From the NCBI GenBank assembly GCA_008632985.1, contig QPGO01000110.1:1-64000 (forward strand): DNA of 64,000 nt, in the 5' to 3' direction. Positions within the stretch are counted from its first letter, which is position 1, and each line of letters starts with the position of its first letter. The position numbers and the translations under genes were made by a program. The notes under the pieces are model-generated. The model searched no databases. It had not been told where the DNA came from and was given only the letters and a program-made list of their open reading frames with translations. Source of the stretch: Psammoneis japonica (taxonomy: Eukaryota). Of the stretch, positions 46,660 to 60,499 are shown in pieces.

Positions 46660-47405
46660 TGCACAACGACGAGCAATTTCTACTCCCAAAATGACCTTGC
46701 TCAAAAGTAAATATTAGTGTCAAGGGCTTGAAAAAGTTGTAGCGAATGCTGTACCAGTTTAGGCGCTTCACGTACCACAAATTCTTTCGACTACTCTGAG
46801 CGACCGACGAGCGAAGGAATCAGTCAATAACATACCCCAAGATTTGCTACCGGTATTCTTCCATGCCATCACAATGACGAGCATTTTCTTTTCCAAAATA
46901 ACCCTGCTCAGTACTTTCACTATCAAGGGTATGAAGCAATTGCAGCGAATGCACTGGTTTAGGCGCTACACGTACCACAGATTCTTTCGACTACGTTGAA
47001 CGTCCGACGAGCGAAGGAATCAGTCATAACATACACCATGTGTTGAGTATCCTACCGGTATTCTTCCATACCATCACAAGACGAGCATTTTCTTTTCCAA
47101 ATAACCCTGCTCAGTACTATCACTGTCAAGGCTATGAAGCAGTTGTAGCGAATGCACTAGTTTAGGCGCTACACGTACCACAGATTCTTTCGACTACGTT
47201 GAACGTCCGACGAGCGAAGGAATCCGTCATAACATACACCATGTGTTGAGTATGCTTTTCTTCCATACCATCACAAGACGAGCATTTTCTTTTCCAAATA
47301 ACCCTGCTCAGTACTATCACTGTCAAGGCTATGAAGCAGTTGTAGCGAATGCACTAGTTTAGGCGCTACACGTACCACAGATTCTTTCGACTACTCTGAG
47401 CGTCC
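46660..47405. repeat. Tandem repeat, ~200-bp unit, ~3.7 copies
   Basis: Recurrent ACGAGCATTTTCTTTTCCAAA and TTTAGGCGCTACACGTACCACAGATTCTTTCGACTAC. Confidence 0.92.
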
Positions 47406-47424
47406 AGCCAGTTTCCTTCGTAAC

Positions 47425-48561
<1,137 letters not shown>

Positions 48562-49374
48562 GGTGGTGGTGGTTGGATTATGGTTGTTATTGCCTTTGAT
48601 GTCGCCACCGCGATGAAACAGATGCGACGAACTCTTTTTGAGCCTTGAAACGCAAGACGAAGGGTCTAGAAAGAAACCGGTACACGAGTAAAGCAGACAG
48701 GACGTAGTTACCAAGAGGTGTGATAGTACACGCATCAAAACCCAAAGACAAATCAAGCTAAAGTTTGTTGTTGACACCGTTCTCCAGTTCAGTTATGCCA
48801 TTGCGTTGGCAGTCTGCAGTCGGCACTCAGTTGGACGCGAGCTCTGGTGGTGTGTTGTGGAGTTCGTGTGCTTTGTCAGTATGACGTCATTCGTGTTTTT
48901 AAAAATTGGCGAGCGTAACTGAATCGTGATGTCCATTGTACGCGTTTGTCCTACCAGAGATTTCAACGGAAAACGCCTCCCAAAACATGTTCGCGCTTTT
49001 CCTCGCTCACCGCCATCAACACGGTGAAAGCAACACGATTTTTGTTCTCACTTCTCTCGTTCAACAGGCGCCTTGTGAAGGGGAAGTCAGTGCTGACCAG
49101 TTGCTCTTTTGTCTGTGATTACACGGGAAGACAATGGCGGTGCGAACGTTTGACACTGACACGGCGGGCCGGCGGTTAAACGCTGGTGCTTACTAAAAAG
49201 AAAGTGTTGGATTAGGACGAGGGGTATTCACCCATGATACTCGTCGGGTGCGGCCCACCTACACAAATATCACGTTCTTCTCGTACGTCAATCGAGAATA
49301 GATCCGGAATCCTTGAGTAAGGACTGGTTCGAAAGAAAGGACTTACTGCTACTTGTATTTCTACCAAAACTTTT

Positions 49375-50277
49375 GTGGCGAAGTGGACGCCTTACCAAGC
49401 CTTTGTGGTTGGACCGCTAGAGATGGATGTCTCGACCTCGTTCATCATGTTCCTCGTTCGTTATGCTTTGCTTTCACCACAAAAGAAACTCACAAACTTG
49501 TCGTCTCCTTGTCTCTCTCAACAGATTGTTCCTTACAATGGTGCTGAAGCTGGGTTTGTGGCGATGCTTGCGAGAATACGCGAGTTTGGCCTTTGGCTCG
49601 TTGCGGTATACGAGGCAAGGATCAAAATGATCAACGTATGCGAGGAGGTGCGGTACTATGTTCACACCAAGAGGCAAGTAAAGGGGCTGCAAGGAGAGGA
49701 GTTGCGAGAATGGTTCGGGCGAGAGTTGTTCTGGTATCTGAAGTTCCGAGCGGAACTCGACGAGTACAACGAGGAGGCAATCTACGAGTACACAAGCACC
49801 AGGTACAAGGAAATGAACAGTTATCTTCGAACCGGGGAGCTCAACACCAACAACTTGTGTGAGGATAGGATTCTGAGCTATGTCAACTGGATGTGGGAAG
49901 GTCTAAACAAAAGGGTTCGCACTGGTGTGAACATATTTACCGGAACCGTGTTTCGTGGGACATGCGTGCCTTCTTTTGTGACTGTTTCGCCAGGTTGCAT
50001 TTATTCAGATCCAGCGTTTCTCAGTACTTCTATCAATCGCCGGACAAGTCAAGGCACATTCATGAGTAGCAGGAAGGAGGAGGAGGACGGTAACTTGACT
50101 CTATTTCGCATAGAAAGCAAAACTGGGGTTGACGTCCGTGACTTGTCCAGGCATGGCAATGAAGGCGAGGTCATTTTTCGACCGGGGACGAAGTTTAAGG
50201 TTCTTTCGGTTGAGAAAGAATACGACGACTGGAGAGAAAAGAGTTATTCATTTGTAACAATGGAGGAGATCGTATAG
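49375..50277 (+). CDS. Mono-ADP-ribosyltransferase of the R-S-E (C3/VIP2/ART-like) class; 5' structure uncertain
   Basis: AIYEYT..YKEMNSYLR, VFRG, FLSTS and NEGEVIF motifs in the canonical order; probable splice acceptor near 49523. Confidence 0.85.
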   Translation: MAKWTPYQAFVVGPLEMDVSTSFIMFLVRYALLSPQKKLTNLSSPCLSQQIVPYNGAEAGFVAMLARIREFGLWLVAVYEARIKMINVCEEVRYYVHTKRQVKGLQGEELREWFGRELFWYLKFRAELDEYNEEAIYEYTSTRYKEMNSYLRTGELNTNNLCEDRILSYVNWMWEGLNKRVRTGVNIFTGTVFRGTCVPSFVTVSPGCIYSDPAFLSTSINRRTSQGTFMSSRKEEEDGNLTLFRIESKTGVDVRDLSRHGNEGEVIFRPGTKFKVLSVEKEYDDWREKSYSFVTMEEIV

Positions 50278-50704
50278 AAGCTTTATATTGTGAGAGGGGT
50301 CGCCTCGAGGAAGTTGCAATATAATAATAAGCTACGACGGGGGAGCCAGACGGGTTTTTTTTAACTACGATAATGCCATAAATGAACATGCTATCCTCCC
50401 CTTCTAGAATTTTCTCAAACGCGCAATGAAGGTTTCATCAGAAGTGGAAACGAAAGCTTTGAAGCTGACGTGGGATCAAGTAGAAACCCACCAAGGTGCT
50501 CCGGTGTTGGGCCCGCGCTGGAATTCAAGGTCATGCTGAATGAAGGTACTTCTATGATGCGGCAAGTATCCTCTTGCAAGGACCAAGTTGGAGTCGTCGG
50601 ATTGCAGCCTACACCAGCAGTCGCCAGATTCCTGGGCTGTGCGTTGGTAGCACGTTGCGTCGGAAGAACCGGCGTTATGATTACTTAGCGGATAGAAGTA
50701 GTGG

Positions 50705-50850
50705 TGGGCGACAATAAAGCTTCTGCTACTATCTACAATCTTTTTCAACAACAAAAATGGTGCCGACGCGTCTATGGACTCATACTCCTCTTGTGTAGGC
50801 TTCGTCCAGCGTTTCTCGGGATTCAATTTTGCTCATCTGACCTGTATGAA
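50705..50850 (-). pseudogene. Duplicated 3' end of the 2OG-Fe oxygenase-like gene at ~57 kb
   Basis: RWTKPTQEEYES..APF and the downstream AAGCTTCTGCTACTATCTACAATC are shared with 56925-57040. Confidence 0.8.
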
Positions 50851-51862
50851 AAATAGCCACTGTATCCGTCTTATACGTAAAGCCAAACACTGGGGTGTTC
50901 GGTGCTGTAGAGTTTGTCGAGTCTCGCCTACAAAGGTAATGTTGTGTGACACCTCCCCTTCGCCTGGTAAACTCGGCCCGGCAGCATTATTGGATAAAGA
51001 ATCAACCGGACGAGGGATTTCAGTAGCCGGTGAATCTCGATACGTACAAGACTAGGAAACTGCCACGTTTAGGACAGACCTTGTCGAAAGTCGGCAGATC
51101 CCGTGGCACCAGACAACTGTGCGATTGATGGCCAAGTTTGATTCCAGGACATCGTTGGGATTAGACGTCCTCTCCCGACACTAAGTTCGCTCGTGTCCGG
51201 AGGGATACTCTTCAAAGATTCTACCGCGTTTTACCGGACAGACCACCACACATAAAGTAGATCTTGCAAAGCCTGATATCTGTAACAGAGTCATACGGTT
51301 CCACATACCAAGTAACTTTGTTTCATTCAAAAAGGCTCGTAAACCGGAGTTGCCTCTCGAAAGCGGGTTTCTAATTCTGTTGATTCACGTATGTCGTACA
51401 GTACAGCTCTTGGTTCTTGTCCAATGAATAAAGCAGCGAGGATGGATGCCACGTTCCTACCATGAAGCCACTGTCATAGCTGCTGGCACTATATTTTTTA
51501 TTGTCTCACAATCATTTTGGGTTTCGTCCTGGATATCGATTCTTGAGGGATAAATCGTTTCACACCATGCTGGCTGACAACAGCATGTGATGGCGACTCG
51601 CCTGGCTCTCCGGGTAATGCAATTGATGTTGTGTCCCGGAAACATCTTCCAAGGACGTCTGCACCAGCGGCTTGTTGGAAAATGTCGACACTCCTTGCTT
51701 CTCGCTTGTCGCCTGCTGTGAATTGTGTGCAATTTTTCCGATGTAGACTTGGTTGTAGTCCCGCCTTGAACCGCCGCGAACAAGACCAGTAGTAGTAGAA
51801 GTAGGGACTCAAGTGTCCACGATAAGATGGGGCCCTCTACTCTCTGCTTCTCTTCCTATGTC

Positions 51863-52120
51863 ATCAAGTCTTACTTAGTCACTGTCCGGAAGATCGGCGA
51901 TAATATCAGTCTGTTTACGATTGCTTTTCAAGAGATCTCTGCCACAACCTTGACAAACCGAATCCTTCGTATTAGAAGCTGCTTCCTCTTGATCAAGTCT
52001 TACTTAGTCACAGTCCGGAAGATCGGCGATAATATCAGTCTGTTTACGATTGCTTTTCAAGAGATCTCTGCCACAACCTTGACAAACCGAATCCTTCGTA
52101 TTAGAAGCTGCTTCCTCTTG
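51863..52120. repeat. Near-perfect 129-bp tandem duplication
   Basis: Units start at 51863 and 51992; one substitution seen (CACTGT vs CACAGT). Confidence 0.95.
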
Positions 52121-52715
52121 ATGTAAAACTCTAGCCTCGTTTCGTAGAAGATCGACAAAGTCTTCTCCGGCGTGTTACAGTATGTTGTTTCTCGATCCAT
52201 TCTTATTTATCGAACAGGTCAATGTTTGAGGCCGAGAGCGCACCCGCCAGCTTGCGCTTTCCGTAAAGACCGTCTTTCTCTCGTTCAAAGATATTGAATG
52301 TTGACGGCTATGACAGTGAAGGAGACAGATTTGTCTACATACTTCTAGTTCCCTTGGAAGTCCTCGATTTCAAGTTCAAGGATCTTTCTGTCACCATAAG
52401 TCACCTCGAGAATTTGCTTGTAGTACTGAGTCCGTTTCTTAATGAGTGGCTCAGATGACAAGAGTAGCATCGTCCACCAGCTCAACCTTTCCTGTAGCAG
52501 CCTGCACGCATGTAATTCTCTTCTGCGATACCGTGTTACTCGTACATATGAAACCGTCGCAATGAGGAGCCACTTTTCCCGGCTCACAGCCAGCAATACC
52601 GGTAGCAAAGCGAAGGTTCGAGATACTTCTAATCTGACAACGGTCGTAATTTTTCGATGACAAACCGGTACCGGTGCCATTCACAAATACCATCTGGATG
52701 ACTGGCATGAAATCA
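51990..52715 (-). pseudogene. TOP2: DNA topoisomerase II fragment
   Basis: MPVIQMVFVNGTGTG, VDDATLVI.EPLIKKRTQYYKQILE, KLAGALSASNIDLFD and TPEKTLSIFYETRLEFYIKRK resemble the Top2 breakage-reunion domain; contains stops and frameshifts. Confidence 0.75.
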
Positions 52716-53006
52716 TCAGGCTATGCGAGCGGCTCTTACTGATTTTCTGCCTGTAGAGTCCCGTGCGGCACCACACAGAAATGCTCCTCGGATTGCCGTC
52801 CACAATGCCACTGAAATATACTCCAGACAACCTCCACGGCATGTACCAACAAGATGTCCGCCCTCTTTCGAACTAGCAAGTCATACGGCACCAATACTTG
52901 TACGACCGATCCATGACGCCAATGTTGACGCAGGATTATAAATCACGTCAAAAAAGAACAAAAGATGCCTCTCAGTTTCTGGTTTTGATTTTCCCTCAGC
53001 TTACGA

Positions 53007-53081
53007 TCTCCACTTGCCCATTTTTAACCACTGATGATTCAGCACATTGTGAACCATCTCCTTGACATGGGCAAGTGGAGA
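53007..53081. repeat. 15-bp perfect inverted repeat with a 45-bp spacer
   Basis: TCTCCACTTGCCCAT ... ATGGGCAAGTGGAGA. Confidence 0.8.
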
Positions 53082-53196
53082 CCGATGCTGTGTCATCCTG
53101 AGACGCGTTGCGTCCGATGGTGCTCGTCATGGTGTTCGTTTTTTGGTGTCTGGTGTGCTCCAGGCATGCACGCACGCGAGCGAGCGATCAGCGAGC

Positions 53197-53310
53197 CGCG
53201 AGGTCTAATGCCTTTTTCGCGAGGTCTAATGTTTTTTCGCGAGGTCCAACGCTTTTTTCGCGAGGTCCAACGGTTTTTTCACAAAAGCATTGGACCTCGC
53301 AATGGTTTTT
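53197..53310. repeat. Array of CGCGAGGTCYAAYG motifs (4 direct plus 1 inverted)
   Basis: Same motif family as 17723-17830. Confidence 0.75.
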
Positions 53311-53747
53311 GTCTACCTCGCAACGTCGTCGCAGTGGGCTGGCACAGGCGACAATGATGAACGCATTCGCTCTGAATCATGATGAACTCCGATACAACTG
53401 TCGATCAAGCAGCGTTACAAGAGGTGTGATATGGTCTCAAAGCGTCTGTATCATGGTATATCACCAAGCATAAGAAAAAGAGTCGTTTGTCAGAGTTGGA
53501 ACTGCGAGAAGAGACCAGAAATGCGAACCACTCCGTGGAGCATGCCTGTTTTGCTTTGAAACAATTGTCTCTCAAGCGATGCAGTTTCTGGAACGGTATT
53601 TTGGCCTTGAAGCATAACTGGAATTATGATTATCTTAGAGCACTGGAGCAGCAAGAGATAAACGATGCAAAGGTCACGAGCAGACTTATTGCGATTCTCA
53701 GCCGGTTCTTCCAGAACTAGTGCTATATTCGACTCCGAGATGAAAGC

Positions 53748-56145
53748 GTGTTGATGGTTACCGGCGAATGTCGTCATGTTGGGGTCGTTCCACTTCGAAA
53801 GTGTCCGTCAAGACTTTCAACCATGTCTTCTCAATCCGATGGGTATACGCATTTGTATTCTGCGCCACGTGGTTACACGGGTTTTGGCCGGGATGAGTTC
53901 TTCCAAGAAGCTGTAGGCATACGGACTAGAATATTGAATGCCTTGTACACGATAAGGTCTGGTCGTCGTAATAATTTACAAGAGCGTCAATCCAATATTT
54001 GGGACTCGCTTTTGGATCATGGAGCTCAGAGCTTTGAATTATGTTTGGATCAACACGAAGCGTCTGTTGGTCGGGCAAACAGTGAATTGAACAATCTTAG
54101 AGCTGCATTTCGCAGTGACGTATTGAGAATATTGAATCAGAAGCACACGACCTGGTGCACCGTCGAGATGGTGACTCTAGATAAGGCTGAACGACTTACT
54201 ATCAACATCCCAAACAAAAAGGAGATTCAACTCGCTCGGCTGGCTGACAACTTTCAAGTCACACACAAGGGCGGAGTTCTACCAAACGGATGGAACATTC
54301 AATCCAAATGGAACCGAGTCATGGCACTGCCCATGGTGAAGGACAAGATCAACGAAACGACAGCTACAAGGGATAGCAAAGTTTCTGAATCAAGCACTCT
54401 AGGAGCCGATAAAGAAAAACAGAATGTGGTGAGGAAGAGACAGCGATGACAGCGAAGATAAGGATTGTCCTCCAGCTCAGTCTGAGTCGGCTGGGTTGCG
54501 AGTAAGAGTCATTGAACGAGAGCAGGCGAGTCCAAAGGATGTATCATCTCTCAACCAGATTAAGACAGGCCTTGATGTAAATGCGGAGGACTTACAATCG
54601 TCTCGCCAGATTGCAGAAACTGAAGAAAAAGATGAGATAGATGCGAATGAGGAGCTGACCGAAGAAGCAATTGAACTACTCGGAGAAATTAAGACGCCGT
54701 TGAGGTATGTAAAGCGTCTGCCGCAAAGAGTGTAACCGACTTGGAAATTATGCTCTCAAGATCCCTTTTCCTTTCTTGGCTTATAGATTTGGGACACGCG
54801 AGAGTCTCTGCGTGAGTCGGTTATGGCATTGGGTAATTTCCTGCTTTCTTTACAAGCTACGCTGCACGAGAAAGACCCAGTCAAAACAGAGGGCGTCCAC
54901 CTCGTAGAGGCCGAACAGCTATTTCGCGAAGCGGTCGATTTGGTCGAACAGCAACAAGCTACACACCAAGAGCAGTATTTTGATACGGAATCAAGAGCGA
55001 ACTTATCAAGAGAAGAATCCTGTATGATTCGTCAGAACCTTCTGCTTCTCGGAGGACGTGCTCACACCAACTTGGGCATATCCCTTGTCGAACGTGGCTT
55101 GCTGATGGGAAAGAAGACATCCATAATGAATCAGGGTATTGGTATGCAAGAACTAAAGCTAGCCCAGGAGTTATCCAGAGAGTTGAAAGAACGAGCAATC
55201 AAAGACAGAACCGACTACGGCTCCAGTCGCGTCGACATTGCGTCAGATATAACGTGTGCTGACCAACTCTTTTGCCTCTCGACCCGATGGCTGGGCAATG
55301 CCTTATGGCGTCAAGGTCGACGAAAGGATCTCAAACACCTTTGAGAGCGTTACAGCCTTGCTTATTAGCACAGACATTAAGGCACCAACAATGGAAGAGG
55401 TGTTGGAAGACAGAGTGACACTAGGCGTAGAGTGTTACTACGCGGCCACCACCTTTTCGGATCTTGCGCTGCAGTCTCTTGAGCAGATTCCAACATCAAA
55501 GTACGCGGACGGCGAATCGAAAGCGTGTGAGTGTGATGATCTTTTTGATTGCGCGTGCCAAGGTTTTAAGCTAGCTAAGACAATTAGCAGCAAAATCAAC
55601 GCTCTGACTCAGCAGAACGCGTTTGAGTTTCAAGCGCTAAAGCAAGAGCATGACTTAATGTCGCCAGACGACATAGGTATCGAATCATGTTAAAGGATTG
55701 AAGAATGGTGGACAGAACGAAAGTCCAACGTTGCTTCGAATGGATCTGCAATCTCCCTGCGTAGTGATGGTCCTTCCCTACCACGAAATGATTTGTTTTC
55801 TGAAGGACCGGACCACCCAAACGTCCCTAAGCGAGGGTTTGTCGTGACTGGTGACTCATGGAGGCGATCCAGTAACAAGAGGCGGCGCGCTGGAGGTTAC
55901 GGAGGCACCAGTGGGAGAAGCAATACCGCATCTTCCAAGATATTCAACTCCTCGGAAGAAGTCGTAGACTTTGGAACGATGACTGGCTTTCACAGCGACG
56001 AGCAAGCTGGGACTGTAATTCAGTTTAGGGTTTAGGAAGTGGGGAGACGATCTTCTCCCCAAAGTGCCGGGATCAAATGAAAACAATTTGTTCTATCCTG
56101 CTATTGCTCCTGAAAGACCTAGCATGGATATCGTTTCCAGTTAGC
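53748..56145 (+). pseudogene. Fragmented hypothetical gene with a helical/TPR-like region
   Basis: Successive + strand ORFs with protein-like composition, a plausible intron at ~54705-54786 and several frameshifts. Confidence 0.45.
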
Positions 56146-56961
56146 AAATCGGAGGCCAATGTCGGAGAGGAACGATCGCGGCAGCGGCGAAACGCGTACC
56201 GGTAAGTTAGCACGCGGTGGTGGATTCAATCTGACGTGACAGTAGTGCATTTTGATCTAACGTACAGCGGTGCTTGCTGCTCTGACCAGGTTTAAGAGAG
56301 AACAAGTACAGGCTTTGTAGGAGAGTTCGTGCAGCTGTTCGTAAGATCAATCCCAATGGAACAAGCGGTGAACTTGGTTCTTGCGATCTATACCTTTGAC
56401 GGCGTCGGTAGTGCCTTCTTCCAAGAAGACGAACGTTTTTGCGGCTTTGACCAATTCCTCCTTCATCTTCCGGGACCCCTAGTTTGTGGCAACAAGTCGC
56501 AGCGTTGAAAATACATGATGACTGCGCATCCCAACTCTTTAACTTGTTTGCGATACCCGTTGCCAAGATCTATCGAATTCATTGGCTGTTCGTTAGCTCG
56601 AAGCCAAAGTTCGAGGATGTATTAGAACTATATAGGAATCGAGTCTCTGCTCACAATATGGAACACCGTGGTTAAAAATCACGATTGGGCGAGCAAAGTC
56701 CTTCTCTGGAAAGCAGTGAGCTGGTGCGTGAGGGTTAAGTAGTGGGTCGCGAGTCACTCTAGCTAGAAGTAGAAGAGGTAGTGTTATCATCATAGTATTC
56801 ACCTACTAGTTTGGACTGCAATGCTTACAAGGCAATAATAATCTATTGTGTCTACTTCATTCAAGAAAGTTTTGAAGACAAAAAAGAAACAAGAGTATGG
56901 CTAAAACTTCCTTTCCTAAAATCACAAAGCTTCTGCTACTATCTACAATCTTCTTCTAAAA

Positions 56962-58000
56962 TTAAAACGGCGCCCACGTATCCATGGATTCATACTCCTC
57001 TTGTGTAGGTTTTGTCCAGCGCTCCTCGGAACTCATTTGCTCCTCCGAGCTGTACGGATAGTACCCTCGGTGCCCGTCTTTTCCGTAAAACCATAGCACC
57101 ATGTTTAACCGTTCGCTGCGCGTAATAGGAAGGGCCGCATGTTGCGTCGCTCCGCGATGCATTGTTGCCACTCCAGGAGCAAATTGAACCATGATCTTCT
57201 TTCCTGTGAGAGGATCCACAAAAAAGAGGGAAGAGTCTGAGTATTTTTCTCCCGTTGGAGAATTCAAGTTAATTTTGAGTGCCAACGAGGAAGAATCACT
57301 GTGCTGAGGATGGACCGATCTTTTCTCGATTGATGCTGAATGGTGAAATCAAAAGTCTCTGAGTTTTTATCCTTTCGAATGCATTGCGGAGAGAATAGTC
57401 GTCCTAGTGGGTGCGTGTACGTATCCATCCATTTTCGGTAGAATTTCTGAAACTCCGGCATTGCCAGATATCCAATGGAGCGCTTGTCCAACATGAAACC
57501 ATTACGGTTACGCACGATTCCATGTGGAGGTTGGAATACCTGCGTCGGCTGCTTTGTCCAAGTATTCTCTGATTACATGAAATTTGTCTGGGTAAAGAAA
57601 ATGACATTGGTATAAACTCTTGGAGAAACTTCTTGCGCAAGTCTTTCAATACATGTTCTTTGCTAGGATCCTTCCAAGCCTCCTGCACAGCATGGCGAAG
57701 CATTGGATGGTAGATAGAGTCATCAAGAACTGGAAGCGTCTATCCTTCAGTAGTCTCCGGCCATTGTAAAGCTTATCCTTCAGTAGTCTCCGGCCATTGT
57801 AAAGCATATTGGTCACGAACATAGTCAGTCACTGAAAGGATTCGTGTAGTAAGCAGATAGATCGAGTTACCGCTCTTGTCCCTGACGCAGTCAATCACAG
57901 TCTGCGGATCCCAAAAGCTGGACAAAGGTTCATCCGATGTTCGTTCGAGCGCCACTTTCCACAACCAAAAGAAGAAGACTAGAGTAAGCCAATAGAACCA
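56962..58000 (-). pseudogene. 2OG-Fe(II) oxygenase (OGFOD2-like), multiply frameshifted
   Basis: GVATMHRGATQHAALPITRSERLNMVLW and NRNGFMLD; internal 32-bp tandem duplication at 57741-57805. Confidence 0.7.
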
Positions 58001-60499
58001 TGCAATTGCGTGTCTGCGACGAGATGATGAGATTTTATAAGACATACATTCGCGAGCAACGTTCGCCCGCGTGTGTCGCCGCTGTTCTGCCTTGACACTC
58101 ACTCTAGACTGTAGAGTGATTCATTCAGCAACAACATGAAAGAGTCGATGCGATGATGCCATAAATCTAATGACAAACACAATCACTCCCAAAGATATAG
58201 CTGCAAGGTGCATGTAGGTAGCGACAAGCGATTGACTCGAGTAGTAGTCTTGTCTCCTGCGTGACACGTCCGTCTGGCGCGGATGCGAAACGACAGCTGC
58301 GTGCTCGCCACTTTGCTCTCGTTTTCGTTTTCGATTCTTTTTAGGATTTCCATTTACGCCAATGTTCCCTTTTCGATTTTTTACAAGATCTTTTCCTTTT
58401 CGTCCCAAGTGAGGACGGTGGCGACAGATTGCCCCGCCAGATCCTTTTGCAAGCTCACCGCGAGCCACTCGCTTTTTCCATGCGGCGTGTCCGCCCATTT
58501 GTTCTTGTTGCGGATTTGCCACACAGAAATACAAGTAATTAGCTCTAAGAATCAATCAGCACAGAATAAACTGCTAGTTCATGCATATAGTAAAGGACTG
58601 CACTGTGTGAAGTGCAGCGGCCCAGCCCTTCGCTGTGGTTGCATAGCGGATAGGGCCTAGCGGCCCAGCATGCCTGCCGAAGATGGAAAATTCCAAAATT
58701 TTGAAATTCCGGAGCTCGGCGGCAGTTTTTTTCCGTTTTTGACGGCTACCGTAAAGCGTACGAAGGAATTAGTAATAATTTTGTCAGTACCAAGTTCAAT
58801 CAACCTTTCTACATACGAAATCATGGTATAACTTCTACAAAAGCACACAAAAATGATAGTGATTGAGAAATATAGCAACGGTCATGTCTCACTCAGAATC
58901 TCTCGGAAATTAATTGCGCTTTGCAATCACAACTCGTCGTCTCGCACGATGTGTTTGTTGTTCGCCAAGCCGGAAGCCGTAATCTCCGAGGATGGCTCGC
59001 CCTTCCTCTGGATTGAGAGCTCGCTCTTGTTTGGCATTCCACAACTCATTTTGCTTGATGGCGTGTTGTCTCTAGGTGGCGTAGGTGTTGCCAGTTAAGT
59101 CCGGAGGTCGGGGCAAATCGAATGCGTGTCTCCGGCCTGGAGTCCATGTTACTCCTGTGTCTTTGACCGTAGGAAGTTGCCTGTTCACTTGACCCAGTCA
59201 GGTCACGGCTGTTGAAACAGACAGCAGCGTTCGTCTGCGAAGCAGCAAAAGCTCGCCAAACAGATCATACCGTTGACGGAACACGGGTTTGGGGTTCCGT
59301 CGTATCAGTGACATGATACGGTAAGTCTTCACTCGTAGGGAGTGTTGATTTAGCACGCGGTTGACTCGCAAGTTTACTTGTTGTCTCCGTAGTACGTCCC
59401 CCCTTTTACATTTTTTTGAGTGATATTCCACTCTGAAGATACGTAAAAGCTTGAGCGCCATCTTTTGATGACGTTCTTGAGGCAACGTTACCCTGCGCAA
59501 CCGATTTCAATAGCTACTTTTGATATTGGTGGGTTTCAAATATTTGAAACACGCTTTGAAACTTTTCTAATAGAGGTAGAAAGACTAAAAGTACCTAAGA
59601 CAGCAATCTATTTGCGTGCTGCTTATTCCGTACGTACGTCTGTGGACTACGATGGCGGTCGTAGCATGTTCTCGGCCCTCGCGCTTCATCGCATGTCAAA
59701 CGCGAGGATTGTGGTGTACTCAGCACGGCTGGTGTACTTGGGACAGCCTTTTTCGTTGCCGAGTTTGCTTTTTTCCGCCAAGAACTGCAGGAGCGCTTCG
59801 AGTGCACCCAAGGTTCGAAACGTACAAGCGCTGATCTCAAAGCTCCAAGTGAAACTCCAGCGCGTCAACTCACGAGCACGAACAAGACAAGAATTCTCTG
59901 GAAGCCATGAACGAGAAGAGGAAGAATATTCGTGACATTGAGGAAGCCATAACTAACTTGCTTGTTGGACGGCCTGAAGCAGGAGCGAAAGATAATCGAG
60001 AAAACTGCTTCTGCAACCTTTGTACAAACGGTTTTTGCGCTTGAACATAAACAAATCCCGCCTTCATACCTGCTCTGACATGCTTTGAAGGCTTTGCCAT
60101 CGGGGATCATTGATTGCCACTTCACCCTGTTCAACCCTTGCATCAAAACTTAAAGGTTGACCTGTCGAAATAGAGCTGCAGTCTCGAAGCAGCAGACGTA
60201 CTATAGGATACGGATCGGAACAACATCTCAAACACTTGCATTAGGGCCCATTGAATTCAATCCGCGTGTTATTGGACAAGGAAAACGCTGACCTATGAGT
60301 TGTTGTATCGTTGATTGTAGATCTCCAGGATACATCGGCTGCCGCCGTCGCCAACCGAGCATCGTCCACGAAAAAGACGATCATGACAAGGTCGGCAAGA
60401 GAGCATCACCGCCGCAAAAGTGCAGCACAGTGCCGACTGTCCTTTCGGTCGAGGGTGCGTCAGACATGAATCCGAAACAAAAGTGTGTTGTCAAGACAA

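Noticed and set aside
46660..47405. CRISPR array or C/D snoRNA cluster
   Set aside because: Whole units repeat with no unique spacers and there are no cas genes. C/D-like boxes are not conserved in all units and I recognised no rRNA guide.
53007..53081. C/D box snoRNA (TGATGA inside a terminal stem)
   Set aside because: No correctly placed CTGA D box next to the 3' stem.
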